DNA of 61,704 nucleotides, the filler included, from Callorhinchus milii (taxonomy: Eukaryota), in assembly GCF_018977255.1 (NCBI RefSeq). It is 2 parts of 2 records of this genome, joined end to end, with 100 filler letters (N's around TTAATTAATTAA, not from the genome) between each part and the next. Parts side by side here need not be neighbours in the genome. Positions count along the whole stretch, not along the records: positions 30,940 to 61,704 come from NW_024705626.1; 1 more part is not named here. The stretch is one strand, 5' to 3'. The notes below the pieces were generated by a model. It saw only the letters and a list, made by a program, of their open reading frames with translations, was not told the DNA's origin and did no database searches. The translations under genes were made by a program, and so were the position numbers. Numbering within the stretch: the stretch's first letter is position 1; each line of letters begins with the position of its first letter. Below are positions 50,459 through 61,704 of this stretch, piece by piece.

Positions 50459-51305
50459 GTTCGTGCTCGCACACGCACGTTGCCACGACCACCGTCACCA
50501 ATACCATCATCACACACCGTCGCCACCACCAATAGCTTTGTCACAAGCGCCACGAATGTCAACGTCACAAGCACCAGCGGGTTGTCGCAATCCCAATACC
50601 ACCTTCACAAGATTATATTCTCTTCCCGAATCTCTATAACATCATCACCTACACAACGGCCACAATTTGAACCACCACCAGCTTTAGAAACACAATATAG
50701 CTCTCGTAGCGAGTTGATGGCTTCACCCTGCTCTGCAGTGAATACAATCTCGTCATTGCCCCGTGCTCTTGAATGGAGGAATTTATAGTTGCATGAAAGG
50801 AGGATGTTGACATGATTCCATGGTATATTTGAGATTAGTAATATGGAAAAAATATGTAAGAATGTGTCTAATAAACACAGAGGATGGTGACCGACTGAAA
50901 TTCGGCACAAACCGAATCAAGATTTTGCTCATGAGAGTTCCCAAAAGTTACAGCCTTGAGGTGTATTAGTTTTATTCATAGGGGTCAGCTACAAGGTCCA
51001 AATAGCTTTAAGTCTCATGCTAAATACTTCAAAATATATGATCTCCGATCAATGAATGAAGTAATTGGCTTCTTGTGAAGCATTATGCTGTAGTCAATAA
51101 AAAGCGGACAAAGCCTGCGTCTCTATTACCACTGTATATATTTATATATAAGATGGTAAACTTGCACCTTCCACCTTTTCATATTGTTTATAATCTTACA
51201 AAAGCAATGGCATCCTCGCCTCCCACAGACCCACCTCCCAGTAGAGGAGGCGCAGTGAGGGCATCGCACATTCACGCCCCACCAACCCGCGTCTGTCTTT
51301 GGCAG

Positions 51306-51476
51306 GTGGGCAGCCGCAAGATCAACGCGCACCGCGTGGTGCTGGCGGCGTGCTCCCCCTACTTCCACGCCATGTTCACGGGCGAGCTGGCCGAGTCACG
51401 GCAGGATGAGGTGTCCATCCGTGACGTCGACGAGACGGCCATGGAGCTGCTCGTTGACTTTGCCTACACGGCACAG
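51306..51476 (+). CDS. KLHL20: KLHL20 coding exon (BTB)
   Basis: [33 protein letters not shown]...DFAYTAQ; 171 nt with AG/GT boundaries. Confidence 0.93.
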
Positions 51477-52518
51477 GTGATGCCACCAGCCGTGCACGCA
51501 GTGTTGCTGCTCTAGCAGGCTGGGCCAGTAATGGACTCTCATCCACTTTAGGAGAGCAAAAGACGTGAACCTTCGTGTTGAGTGTTTAAGGCAGTTGTGT
51601 ATGACCACATCAGCCAGGATGCGACTGATCTTATAGGATGTCAAAAGCAAAGCAGGGTTGTTGAGCCTGGATAGTGCTTGGATACACAGGGGATGGTGGA
51701 GGAGCTGCGGGGGTTAGGTGGAGGGGTAGAGTGTGAGGAGTATAATACAGGAATCCCACGCGATGCGTTACGGGGAAATGCTACTTTACTCAAAATGACT
51801 TAAAGTGAACTATCATTTTCTACAGACATAACGTTAAAACCAGGGTTTGCGTTCCTAGCCAAGATAAAAAAAAATAATTACTGTCAGAAAGTGTACCAAA
51901 ATGCGTATGATTGTAAGCTGTAATTTTAACTAACAATAAATGCTAATAATTAGAATTTACCAGAGATAGTTGAAAAGCTTTCTCATCGAGGCCTCTTGTG
52001 GCGAGCGCGGTGTGATGCAGACGAAGGGGCAGCTGCTCTTTTTTCTGACGATGGGCTGCTGCTGCTGCTGCTGCCACAGCTCTGCTCACCAGAGGAAGCT
52101 GGCTCTCGAAATATTGTATTATGTTGAATTTCTTTCACACCATATGTAGCCAACCGTGCTAATCAAATGTGTATATTCATTACAGCAGCATGCCATCACA
52201 GCTGGAAATGACATTTGTTTGGGGTTTACTTTGACTTGGCTAAGCCACACTGTGCTTAGAGAGCGTGACTCCCAATAACAAGTTTGTGAGTTCATATCCC
52301 TGTTGGAATTCTACTCGGATTACCTTGCCGCTGGGACCTATAAAATGAGTACCACTTTGTGTAAAGTCGGCAGTTGTTTGGCTCACCCCTGAAGCACAGG
52401 ACAGCAGAATTTCTACAACAAACTAAGGTCCGTTAAACGAGATGAGAATCTCACCATTCTTGCATTTGAGCAGAACACCGCTTGCTTCTCATGCAGTCTG
52501 CGCTGCTGCGATCCACAG

Positions 52519-52725
52519 ATCACGGTGGAGGAGTGCAACGTGCAGGCCCTGCTGCCGGCCGCCTGCCTGCTGCAGCTCGCCGAGATCCAGGACACCTGCT
52601 GCGAGTTCCTGAAGCGGCAGCTCGACCCCTCCAACTGCCTGGGAATCCGGGCCTTCGCCGATACGCACGCGTGCCGAGACCTGCAGCGCACCGCCGACAA
52701 GTTCACGCAGCACAACTTCCAGGAG
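52519..52725 (+). CDS. KLHL20: KLHL20 coding exon (BTB/BACK)
   Basis: [20 protein letters not shown]...[17 protein letters not shown]...HNFQE; 207 nt. Confidence 0.93.
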
Positions 52726-53197
52726 GTGGCCCTCTGCAGACACACAAGCCAGAGCACAGCCAGAGCACCAGCCAGAGCACACAGCCAGAGCACAGCACAC
52801 AGCCAGAGCACACAGACCACAGCACACAGCCAGAGCACACAGCCAGGCCACCAAGTCAATGCAGATTCACTCTCACAGCGCATGTTTGGGCCAATTGTAC
52901 TTTCGGGTGTCGTGTCACGAGGCCAAGTGTTTGTTGGTTTCTCTCGCAGAGCAGTGCTGCAAGCTCCCATGTTCGAGGACAGCCCGCAGAGGCGGGATAT
53001 CACACAGCTACTTTTGTGGCTTACGATCTGCACCATAAAAAACTGCATTTTTACAACTCACTACACACAGCAGAACTAAGTGTAACGTTCTAGATTTGAA
53101 GTTTTCGTGACTGCAAGGATCCATACTTTTTGGTTTTTTCGGTAAAGTCACGTAGGTATAAAATAAAATAAATTAAAATGAAAACAACTAAATTAAA

Positions 53198-53240
53198 TCA
53201 CGACGTTTCGGGCGCAACACAAGCGTCCGTCTTCAGGTAC
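53198..53240 (-). ncRNA. Minimal hammerhead ribozyme, copy 3 (KLHL20 intron, antisense)
   Basis: Minus strand: tac-CTGAAGA-c-GGACGC-ttgtgtt-GCGCCC-GAAAC-GTC-gtg. Confidence 0.68.
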
Positions 53241-55171
53241 CTGATTTAATTTAGTTATTTTCATTTTAATTTATTTTATTTTTTACCTACGTGACTTTAC
53301 CGGAAAAAAAGTATAAATATAACGTCGTTGGGTTTTTGTGTGTGTAGTCATTGGTGACTGGGCTGAGACCATCAAATCACTGCACATTAAAACCCATTTT
53401 AATCACAGGCCTTAATTCAAAAGCCAGCATCTAAACGGTGCCACCTCAGTGCTCTTATCATCTGAGCCACATTAAAGGAAAATGCAAGCCAAAAGAGAGT
53501 TGTGTTTTTGTAAGCACCTAGCCTGTGTAGCCTGGGCAGTCCAACGCATCTTTGGTTATGATAGAGCTTTTAAAATTGACTTTCAGACGTGCTGCCAAAA
53601 AGCTCTAGTGATATCATTGCAGCACATTAATGTAACTGCATTGACTGCTGCAATTATATCGCTAGTTCACGAGAGTACAAGACTTGAAGTAACTTTCAAG
53701 TATTTTGCTTGTGCGCAATTAAGTTTCAGACTCATCTCGGACAACCTGGAACACAGAGCCTAGGTGTGTGTCCACATCATGGGACCTCCTTTGCTAGTAC
53801 CAAAATATGATAATAGGTTTTTCCACTTTTTTTCTGGCAACAAAACAGGTGTTAAGATGTTAAAACACCAAACTGAAACCTTTTAAGAGGAATCATGTCT
53901 GCATTAACCACAATGCTTGTGGTCAGAATGCAAACCAAAAATATTCTGATAATATATGCATTGTCCTTGAAACTGATTGGTCCACACCAGAGACAGCTTT
54001 CTTTTGAGCCTCGTCTCAAACGGTGTTAGACCAGAGGACGCCTTTTTGACCAGAGGACAATGCATATGTTATCAGAGTTAGTTTTTTGTTTGCATTCTGA
54101 CCACAAGCATTGTGGTTAATGCAGACATGATTCCTTGTAAAAGGTTTCAGTTTGGTATTTTAACATCTTAACACCTGTTATTGGTTCTTTCGGTAAAGTC
54201 ACGTACATGATGATTGCTTGTGTTGCAATCGAAACGTCGTGATAATTTTATTGTTTTATTTTTGATATTTTATTATTTCCCTTCTACGTGACTTTACCAA
54301 AAGAACCAATAATATGAATCCCTGCAGTCACGAAAGCTTTAAATCGAAATCTTAACACCTGTTTTGTTGCGAGAAAAAAGGGGAAAAACCTATTATCATA
54401 GAAGTGTGTCTATAAGAGGCTCTGTTTTATTTGGCTGTGGATTCCTTTAAAAATATATTTCTGCCACTTTCATTGTGACGTGCAAAAGAGATTGCCGTTC
54501 ACTTTCATTGTATTGGTAGCTAATTGTGTTGATTTTGTATGTATGTAGTTATGTTTACGTGGGCAGTTGAGGGTACTTGTAATGCAATTATGTGTGTGTT
54601 GCAAGTAGTGTGTGTGTGGCTATCAAGGCACGATACTAATCTCCACAAAGGGTAATGAATCCACCAAGAATTTAAGTTTTCTGTGCAATAAACAATTTCA
54701 ACTCGCAATGTGCCGCACAGTATCCGCTCACTCTCGAAGACAGGAGAGAGCATGACTCGGAGGTGTGAGGAGGAACTAAAGACAAACAGGAAGGCAGCAG
54801 CCAGGTGGTGAGCTGGCGTGTACAATGTCTGTGCTCCTCTATATATGAAGGTGCTTTTAGCCAATTAATGTTGCCGATATATGTGAGAGGAAACCGGAGC
54901 ACCTGGAGAAAGCCTACACGTGCGAGGCGACAATACTATCCCATACAGAGGGAACGGATCGAGTCCACATTTTTGCTTTACCGTTTATCCTGGTGGTAAA
55001 GCCACGGGAATGAAGTTGTTGTGACATTTGTGTGATCTGCCACCCCTCGACTCCACGGCGCTGGATTCCAGTCGTGTACCACCACCACCCAGCCATCAAG
55101 AGGTGCTCCATATTAACACTGTGCTCAGTAATCCAGGCTGACATGAAGCGGGGCATCTGTTGCTTTCGCAG

Positions 55172-55330
55172 GTAATGGAGAGTGAAGAGTTCATGCTGCT
55201 TCCTGCCAACCAGCTCATCGACATCATATCCACCGATGAGCTAAACGTGCGCAGCGAGGAGCAGGTGTACAGCGCCGTCATCGCCTGGGTCAAATACAAC
55301 ATCCAGGAGCGCCGGCCACAGCTACCCCAG
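55172..55330 (+). CDS. KLHL20: KLHL20 coding exon (BACK)
   Basis: [19 protein letters not shown]...QERRPQLPQ; 159 nt. Confidence 0.94.
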
Positions 55331-56427
55331 GTGCCTGCCTGGTGTGCGCGCTTGCGTAACCGCTGATCGGCGGTTGTGTCCTTCCTAGGCCTCCGCTAGG
55401 TACGTGGACGCCCCTAATGTCAAGCCACTGCAGGTTGAGAGCCTCCCCATGCTGTGTATTTCGTGGAGGTTACACGACCAGATTTTGCCACGCTCGTCAG
55501 TACGGGTTAGTTCAGGTGGAGGCGAGATGTTTGACCATCATTAGACCTCCTTGGCCAGTGCCAAGATATAATAATAGGGTTTTTCCATTTTTTTCTGGCA
55601 ACAAAACTGAAACCTTTTTTACAAGGAATCATGTCTGCATTAACCACAATACTTGCGGTCAGAATGCAAACAAAACACACTGATAATGTATGCATTGTCC
55701 TTGAAACTGATTGGTCCACACCAGAGACGGCTTTCTTTTGAGCCTCGCCTCAATTGGTGAGTTTTGTTGCCAGAAAAAAGGGGAAAATCCTATTATTAGA
55801 TGTGTTACCAGTTTAGCACAACAGTTGATCTTGCTGCACTGCCATCTGCTGGTATCATAGCACATTATCACCCGATAACAATCTGTTCTACGTAGCTTGG
55901 TCGTCCCTCAATCAATCAAATAATCACTTCTTCCTGAAACTAAATTTGATGCTTTTATTGTGAGCGTAAGAACCTGTTTTGAAATCAATTATTTAGTTCA
56001 TCCCCACCTAGTAGAGCGGGGAGCTCATGCTTGACAACATAAAAGCACACACAGTAGAGGTAACTATATCGCTCCTCTTGCTGATCGTAATAGGATACAG
56101 TGGCTGCACGACGACAAAACTGCCCCCCCTCGCGTATGAATGCACAACTTCCACCACTGGCTTAGGGCCGCCCACATTGATGAGCACCAGCCAAATCTCG
56201 TGTGTGCTTTAATAGTGTCATTAACCAGGTGACATCTTCTGTAGCCCCCCCCCCGCCCGCTCCCAGCGCCAGCATTGTGTCTCACCAGCCGTGTCTCAAC
56301 AGAAGTCCCCCCCCCTACTCCACAATCCCTGCCCCCTGCATCTCTCCTCCCTCTTTACCTTATATAATCACTTGTCACAAACAGCTGTCTTTGCCCACTA
56401 CAGTAATTTTGTTTCTTACTGTGGTTG

Positions 56428-56473
56428 TCCCACCTGATGACGGAAGCTTGTGTTGCTTCCGAAACGTGGTGAT
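56428..56473 (+). ncRNA. Hammerhead ribozyme motif, copy 4 (KLHL20 intron, sense; cleavage triplet is GTG)
   Basis: cac-CTGATGA(56434-56440)-c-GGAAGC-ttgtgtt-GCTTCC-GAAAC-GTG-gtg; perfect 6-bp stem II. Confidence 0.62.
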
Positions 56474-57391
56474 TTAATTTGGTTATTTCTATTTTTTATT
56501 TTTATTCTTACATTTTATTTTAATGTTTCACCTACGTAACTTTACCGAAAGAACCAATGAGTATAGTGGCAACAGTGTGTGACTATTCGTCTTGTTGAAA
56601 ATGTATTACAGTCTAGATAGCAGTGGAATAGTATTCTGAAAACGCACTGACGCAATCGCATCATCCCAGCCCGAATTCCTTGCCACACACACGGGGCGCA
56701 TGGTTCTTGATTATATCCCCTCTCCTCTAGGTTAACTCGACCTAAAATGAGTATCCAGTGTTTGTGTTATCACTACTTGGGTAGCAAAGGTGTATGTGTG
56801 ATGCCAAACAAAAAAGCTCCGCACATGTGTCTAAGCAGCCGGTTTGTCTATAGGAAGGCCTGTGTCTTGTTTGTGTATGGGTGTATCAATCTGGACAAAG
56901 TCCCGTCTGTGGATCTCTCTCGCAGGCAATGATTCAATCCAATTAAACCATACAATGTATATCTGTATAGCATCTAAATGCAGCTGCATCTCAAGATGCC
57001 GTACTTTTGTTATTGCCGTATAAGGTTAAGCGAGGGATCTTCTTCTCCGTGTGTGTGTGCGTTAGTGTAACGGTTATCACGCTAGGCCTCCCCTAGGTCG
57101 ACTCGGCCTCAAACGAGTACCTGGTGCGGTTTGTAAACATCACCACTGCGGAGGCAAAGGTGCCGGGTGTCGTGTTGGCCACCCACCCCCTTGTGTGTCG
57201 TGCCGGTCTTCATAGGGGCTCGCGAACAGCACTTGCTCAATGAAAAATAAGAATAGGTTCTACCCTTTCTGGCAATAAAACAGGAGGTGTTAGGATGTTC
57301 AAACACCAAATACTGGTAAAGAAGGTCCCATGATAGCACTTGCTCTAACAGTCTGTTAAAGGCTATACGGGGGATCTTTGTCTTTGTGTAG

Positions 57392-57486
57392 GTGCTGCAA
57401 CACGTCCGTCTGCCCCTGCTCACACCCAAGTTCCTGGTGGGCACAGTGGGGACGGACCTTCTGGTGAAGAGTGACGAGGCATGCAG
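57392..57486 (+). CDS. KLHL20: KLHL20 coding exon (BACK end)
   Basis: [31 protein letters not shown](R); 95 nt, phase-2 end; not in the ORF track. Confidence 0.92.
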
Positions 57487-58646
57487 GTAGCCGGCCACGC
57501 TGTCACGAGTGGTGGTGCGTGTTTTCCGTGAAACCCACGGGAGGCTGCCATGCCAATTTCCGCGTCGTCGGCTGAACAGGATTCGCAGAAAATCACGAAT
57601 GTTGGGATACATTTTACGTGAACATCAAAACCTTCACCTTGGCAGGAAGGTGATGTATTGTTTCCGTGGTCACTGCCGTGACTTATTTTGTGACATTTTC
57701 CGCAAGTCAGAATCTTTGATCAAGTGAGCAATGGGGCTTGAGCTCACCTCGTTTGAAGGCAGAGCCAGTAGTCGGGATATCACATTCGGAATCAGAATCT
57801 TTATTTAGACTGGAGGAATCCGATGAGCTTTGACGCTCTTTTTAACAGACGTCCAGTTTGGGTCGGTCTATTGTACACGCCAGTCTCTACATCGGATCAC
57901 CACTGTGGACATGCCACAAACGGTACGTGCTGTATCCATGGTGGAGGAAAGATAGGCTGAGTGGACCCCGGAATTTGATGTAATACTTGAATATCCTTTA
58001 ATTACACCTACACAATGGTACTACTCAAAATAACTAGGCGAGTCAGGAACGCGGATGCATAAATTTGACACTCGTGCGAACATGTACACTCACAATGATA
58101 CCGTTAATTAAATATAATCACAGGTTTGTTTTCCTGCTACTGACAAGAAGGATCTACGTTTTTTCTGAGCAAAGAAGGCAAGCGAGCTTGAACGATGAAA
58201 TGAAAAAAATTACTTATAATTTCAACAAAAATCAACTACACATTCCACCCACTTCTATTATAATTCTGGGCTATCCATTCCCCAGCTTGGATAGACCAGT
58301 GTGAAGGCATGACTACAGACTTCTTCGGCTCATACTCTTCTTAGTCGCAGCTCAGCCCTGGCTTCACATGGCGGCTCAGTTCAGGCGTGTGCTGCCGAGT
58401 AGCTTCCAGAGACGCATTAGCAGCTCGTCATCCATGGCTTGGCGCAGGAGGAAATCTTGAGCATGGCTGGGATCGTGCTCATAGGCCAGCTAAAATTAAG
58501 CACATGAATTTGAGCCATGGCCTACTTGAACCAGAGCCAAGTCTGGGCTGAGCCTTGACTAGCAATATGGGACTTTTACAGTGTTAATTATGGCTCCGTT
58601 TGACATTAGAAGATTGTGGTGACCCACACGAATCATAACAAAGGTA

Positions 58647-59729
58647 CAGGAATCCCCCACGATAAGTTTCCGCATTGTGCATTGTTTTGCATATACGTTT
58701 CTGATTAATACTCTTATATAAGCACGCAACTTTATCTGTGATGAACGCTGCACTTTTCATCGTTTTCATGCAGGGGGTGCTGCAAACCTACGTGCCCCCT
58801 GCATGAACGACTGAGGCGCAGGGACAGACGTTCGATTACATTGGAATCGATCTGCAGATGGCGGTCTTCTCGCACGGCCAGCAGCTCTATATCGCCTTAA
58901 CTCGATCCCGCAACCCCAAACAGGTGAAAGTCCGCATCGAACCGAACCCCCAGCAAGGCCATCTACTTAACGGCGAGAGAAAATTCACACGAAATGTCGT
59001 TTTCAATGAAGTCTTCCAGATGTAAAATGATATAAGCTTTTCATGAAGAAATAAAATTATCTAATTCTAAACAATTCAAAGATGTTTAATTAAAAACTTC
59101 AAAACGGAGCATCGGGTGCTTGCGTGAATGCGTCGTTCGTGTTAAAAAATATTGTGACTTTCCTGGCCGAAGGCCGTAAATGGTTGTGAGGTGCGCCACA
59201 GGCGCCCCAAACAAGCCCAAGTGTCATGTTTGTCTTGTGCTTTCTGGAAAAAAAATGCATATTAGTTTTTGCGCAATTGCCTTCCTTGTTTAATAATTGT
59301 GCAAATTTTCTTTGCACGATTTTTAAAATGAATGTATATGCATAACACGAATGCACGAGGGAGAAAGCGGACTTTTGCGATGTAATACCGAACTGTACAC
59401 GCATAGCACGTACCACCAGAACTGTACACGCATAGCACGTACCACCAGGAATCGCCAAGAGGCCTCGATCAGCAAGCTCTTAAACCATCTCTGGTATTAC
59501 GTTTTTTGTATTATTTGTATTCTTATTTAAAGCGTATGTTCACTTATAATCATATGCTTTTTTGTACACTTCATGACATTTAGTCGCGCATTTTCGAGAA
59601 ATGTCGGCTAGCAACGCAACCCCTGATTTTAACATTATGTTTATGGGAACTTAGAGCTCGCTTTAAGTACTTTTGAGTTAAGTAGCATTTCCCAGGAACG
59701 CATCCCTTATGTATCGTGGGGGATTCTTG
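58647..59729. mobile_element. TA-flanked TIR element containing a Helitron PIF1-type helicase C-terminal fragment (58816-59025 +)
   Basis: 17/18 TIR CAGGAATCCCCCACGATA with TA on both sides. Internal frame AQGQTFDYIGIDL...VFSHGQQLYIALTR...TRNVVFNEVF*. Confidence 0.72.
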
Positions 59730-59827
59730 TATTATGCTCCTCCCCCTTCACCATCCCCCGTTTTTTTATGCTGTGCGCTCGCTGCGTGCATTAATGTTTT
59801 GTTGTTTTTCTCTGTTCGTCGCTCAAG

Positions 59828-59943
59828 AGACCTCGTGGATGAAGCCAAGAACTATTTGCTTCTGCCCCAAGAAAGACCACTCATGCAGGGCCCCCGCACG
59901 AAACCCCGCAAGCCCATCCGCTGCGGGGAAGTGCTCTTCGCAG
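59828..59943 (+). CDS. KLHL20: KLHL20 coding exon (linker and Kelch 1 start)
   Basis: [38 protein letters not shown]; 116 nt, GTGAG donor. Confidence 0.93.
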
Positions 59944-60315
59944 GTGAGCTGTGATGGGATGTGCGCAGGTGCGGGAGGTCGTGGGTTCGATCCCGACCAT
60001 GATGCCTGCTGTATATTCAGAGTTTGCATGTGTCTCTCCCCCCGTGGTGGCGTCGATTTTTTTTCAGGTCCTCCAGTTTTTCCCCTGCACATGTGTTTGG
60101 AATATTTGGCTGCTATAAATTTCCACATGATTAGCCACTTTGAGCTATAATTTGTGGCCAGGTCGCTTCTGAAAAAGACCTATACAGCTTCGTGGGCCTT
60201 AGCAGGTAAAATTTTAATCGTTTGTTTAGTTTAATAGGTGTTTACTAACAGAAATGACCTCAACGATCTGTTAAGGCTACAAGGGGATCTTTTCTCCCTG
60301 TCCATCACCGTGCAG

Positions 60316-60499
60316 TGGGTGGCTGGTGCAGCGGCGACGCCATCTCCAGCGTGGAGCGCTACGACCCGCAGACCAACGAGTGGCGCATGGTGGCCTCCAT
60401 GAGTAAGCGGCGCTGCGGCGTGGGGGTGGCCGTGCTCGATGACCTCCTCTATGCCGTGGGCGGTTACGATGGATCCTCCTACCTCAACAGTGTGGAGCG
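60316..60499 (+). CDS. KLHL20: KLHL20 coding exon (Kelch repeats 1-2); gene continues past the window
   Basis: [37 protein letters not shown]...[16 protein letters not shown](R); 184 nt. Confidence 0.94.
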
Positions 60500-61704
60500 G
60501 TGCGTGCGAACGAGCGAGTCGGCGGGGCGATTGAGGGACGTATGAGCGAGTGCCTCTGTGGGGAGCGGTGGCGGTTAGCGGGCCGCGCTACGAACCCGGT
60601 GACCTGAGTTCATTTCCCGCTCACGGCCAACACCAGTGATGATTATCTGGACCGGTTCTGGGCGTCCCCTAGGTATACTCAGGCTCAAATGAGTATGTTG
60701 TGTGTAAACATCGCCACTCGGTAGACAAAGGCGGCCAGGCGTGGTGCTGGCCACCCACCCCCTTGTGTGCCGTGCCGACCTTCATAGGTACTCGCTAGGA
60801 GCGCTTGCCCCAACAGTCTGTTAAGGCCATACTGGGGATGTTTGGTGGATGAGTGAGTGCTTGAGGGATGTACGTGCGAGTGCCATGGTGAGTGGTGTAT
60901 GATCGTAAGGCGTGGACCCCTCAGGGCGTGGAGGTATCCATGAGACGCCGGCAGGCGATCTTATCCTGCGAACGCAGTCACGCCGAGTAAAGGTTGCTTC
61001 ACGAGTTTGTGAGTAGCTGAGTGCTGCTGCGTGCGAGTGAGTGCTGCTGTGAATGAGTGGATGGTGTATGATTGACAGTGTACTGCTGTGTGAGTGCTGC
61101 TTTACTTATGAGTGATTGTGTGCTGCTGTGTATGTGAAGGCTGACCCACAGCACTCGTGTACAGACCTGAAATAGTGAACTGCTGCTTTTGATTGTGATG
61201 TTTGCTCAAGTTTTGCCATTGGTCTGCATGTGCGATGCACATCAAACACAGACTTGGCCACGAGCATGCATCATACATCTATTCCACACACCTCCACCTG
61301 CTCCTCTTCTCACCTGAGCTTGCACTTGTGCATACTAATCCATGCATGCACATGTGCACGGGCATTTCCACAATTTCGACGATTCCGGACATACATTTCA
61401 GACACTTTAAAGATGCGGATAATTATTAATATAAATCATTCAGTGGCTTTTCACTTGGCCGTAAGTTAACAAAAGGATTTTAAACTGTATTCTATGTGAA
61501 ACTGGAAGCCAGTGCAGGGAAGAAGAAGGGGTTCTGGTTAACACCCCAGCAGCCGCATTCTGAACAAGCTGCAAATAGACCATCACCTTCTTAGCCACGC
61601 CAGCGAGTAAGACGAGCTGTCGCCTATACGAGATGAGATGGAGGCTCGGAGCAGATTCTCTGCTTCTGAAGCAGAAATAAGGGATCGGATACGGGAGATA
61701 TTCT

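Overview
Eukaryotic (vertebrate) DNA made of two unrelated contigs joined by an artificial 100-nt spacer (N44-TTAATTAATTAA-N44, 30840-30939). Contig 1 (1-30839) is a repeat mosaic of L2 and CR1 LINE fragments, Deu-type SINE pieces and LTR integrase remnants, and its repeat style resembles cartilaginous fish. Inside it is a beta-defensin-like gene cluster that the ORF track does not resolve. One two-exon gene is intact (12067-12130 + 12320-12480, 74 aa: signal peptide, phase-1 intron, C-x6-C-x3-C-x9-C-x6-CC core). There are also four disabled paralogues, an orphan second exon and several promoter/UTR remnants, spread by inverted and direct segmental duplications. Contig 2 (30940-61704) looks lamprey-like. 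It holds seven coding exons of KLHL20 (BTB-BACK-Kelch; the gene runs off the window end), a promoter-like island with five perfect CRE palindromes, an RTE LINE in a 3'-then-5' tandem arrangement, Helitron and Tigger-like elements, tRNA-derived SINEs and satellites. It also carries a Penelope-like repeat family with minimal hammerhead ribozymes whose stem II covaries between copies. Taxon assignments are inferred from repeat style only; no searches were run.
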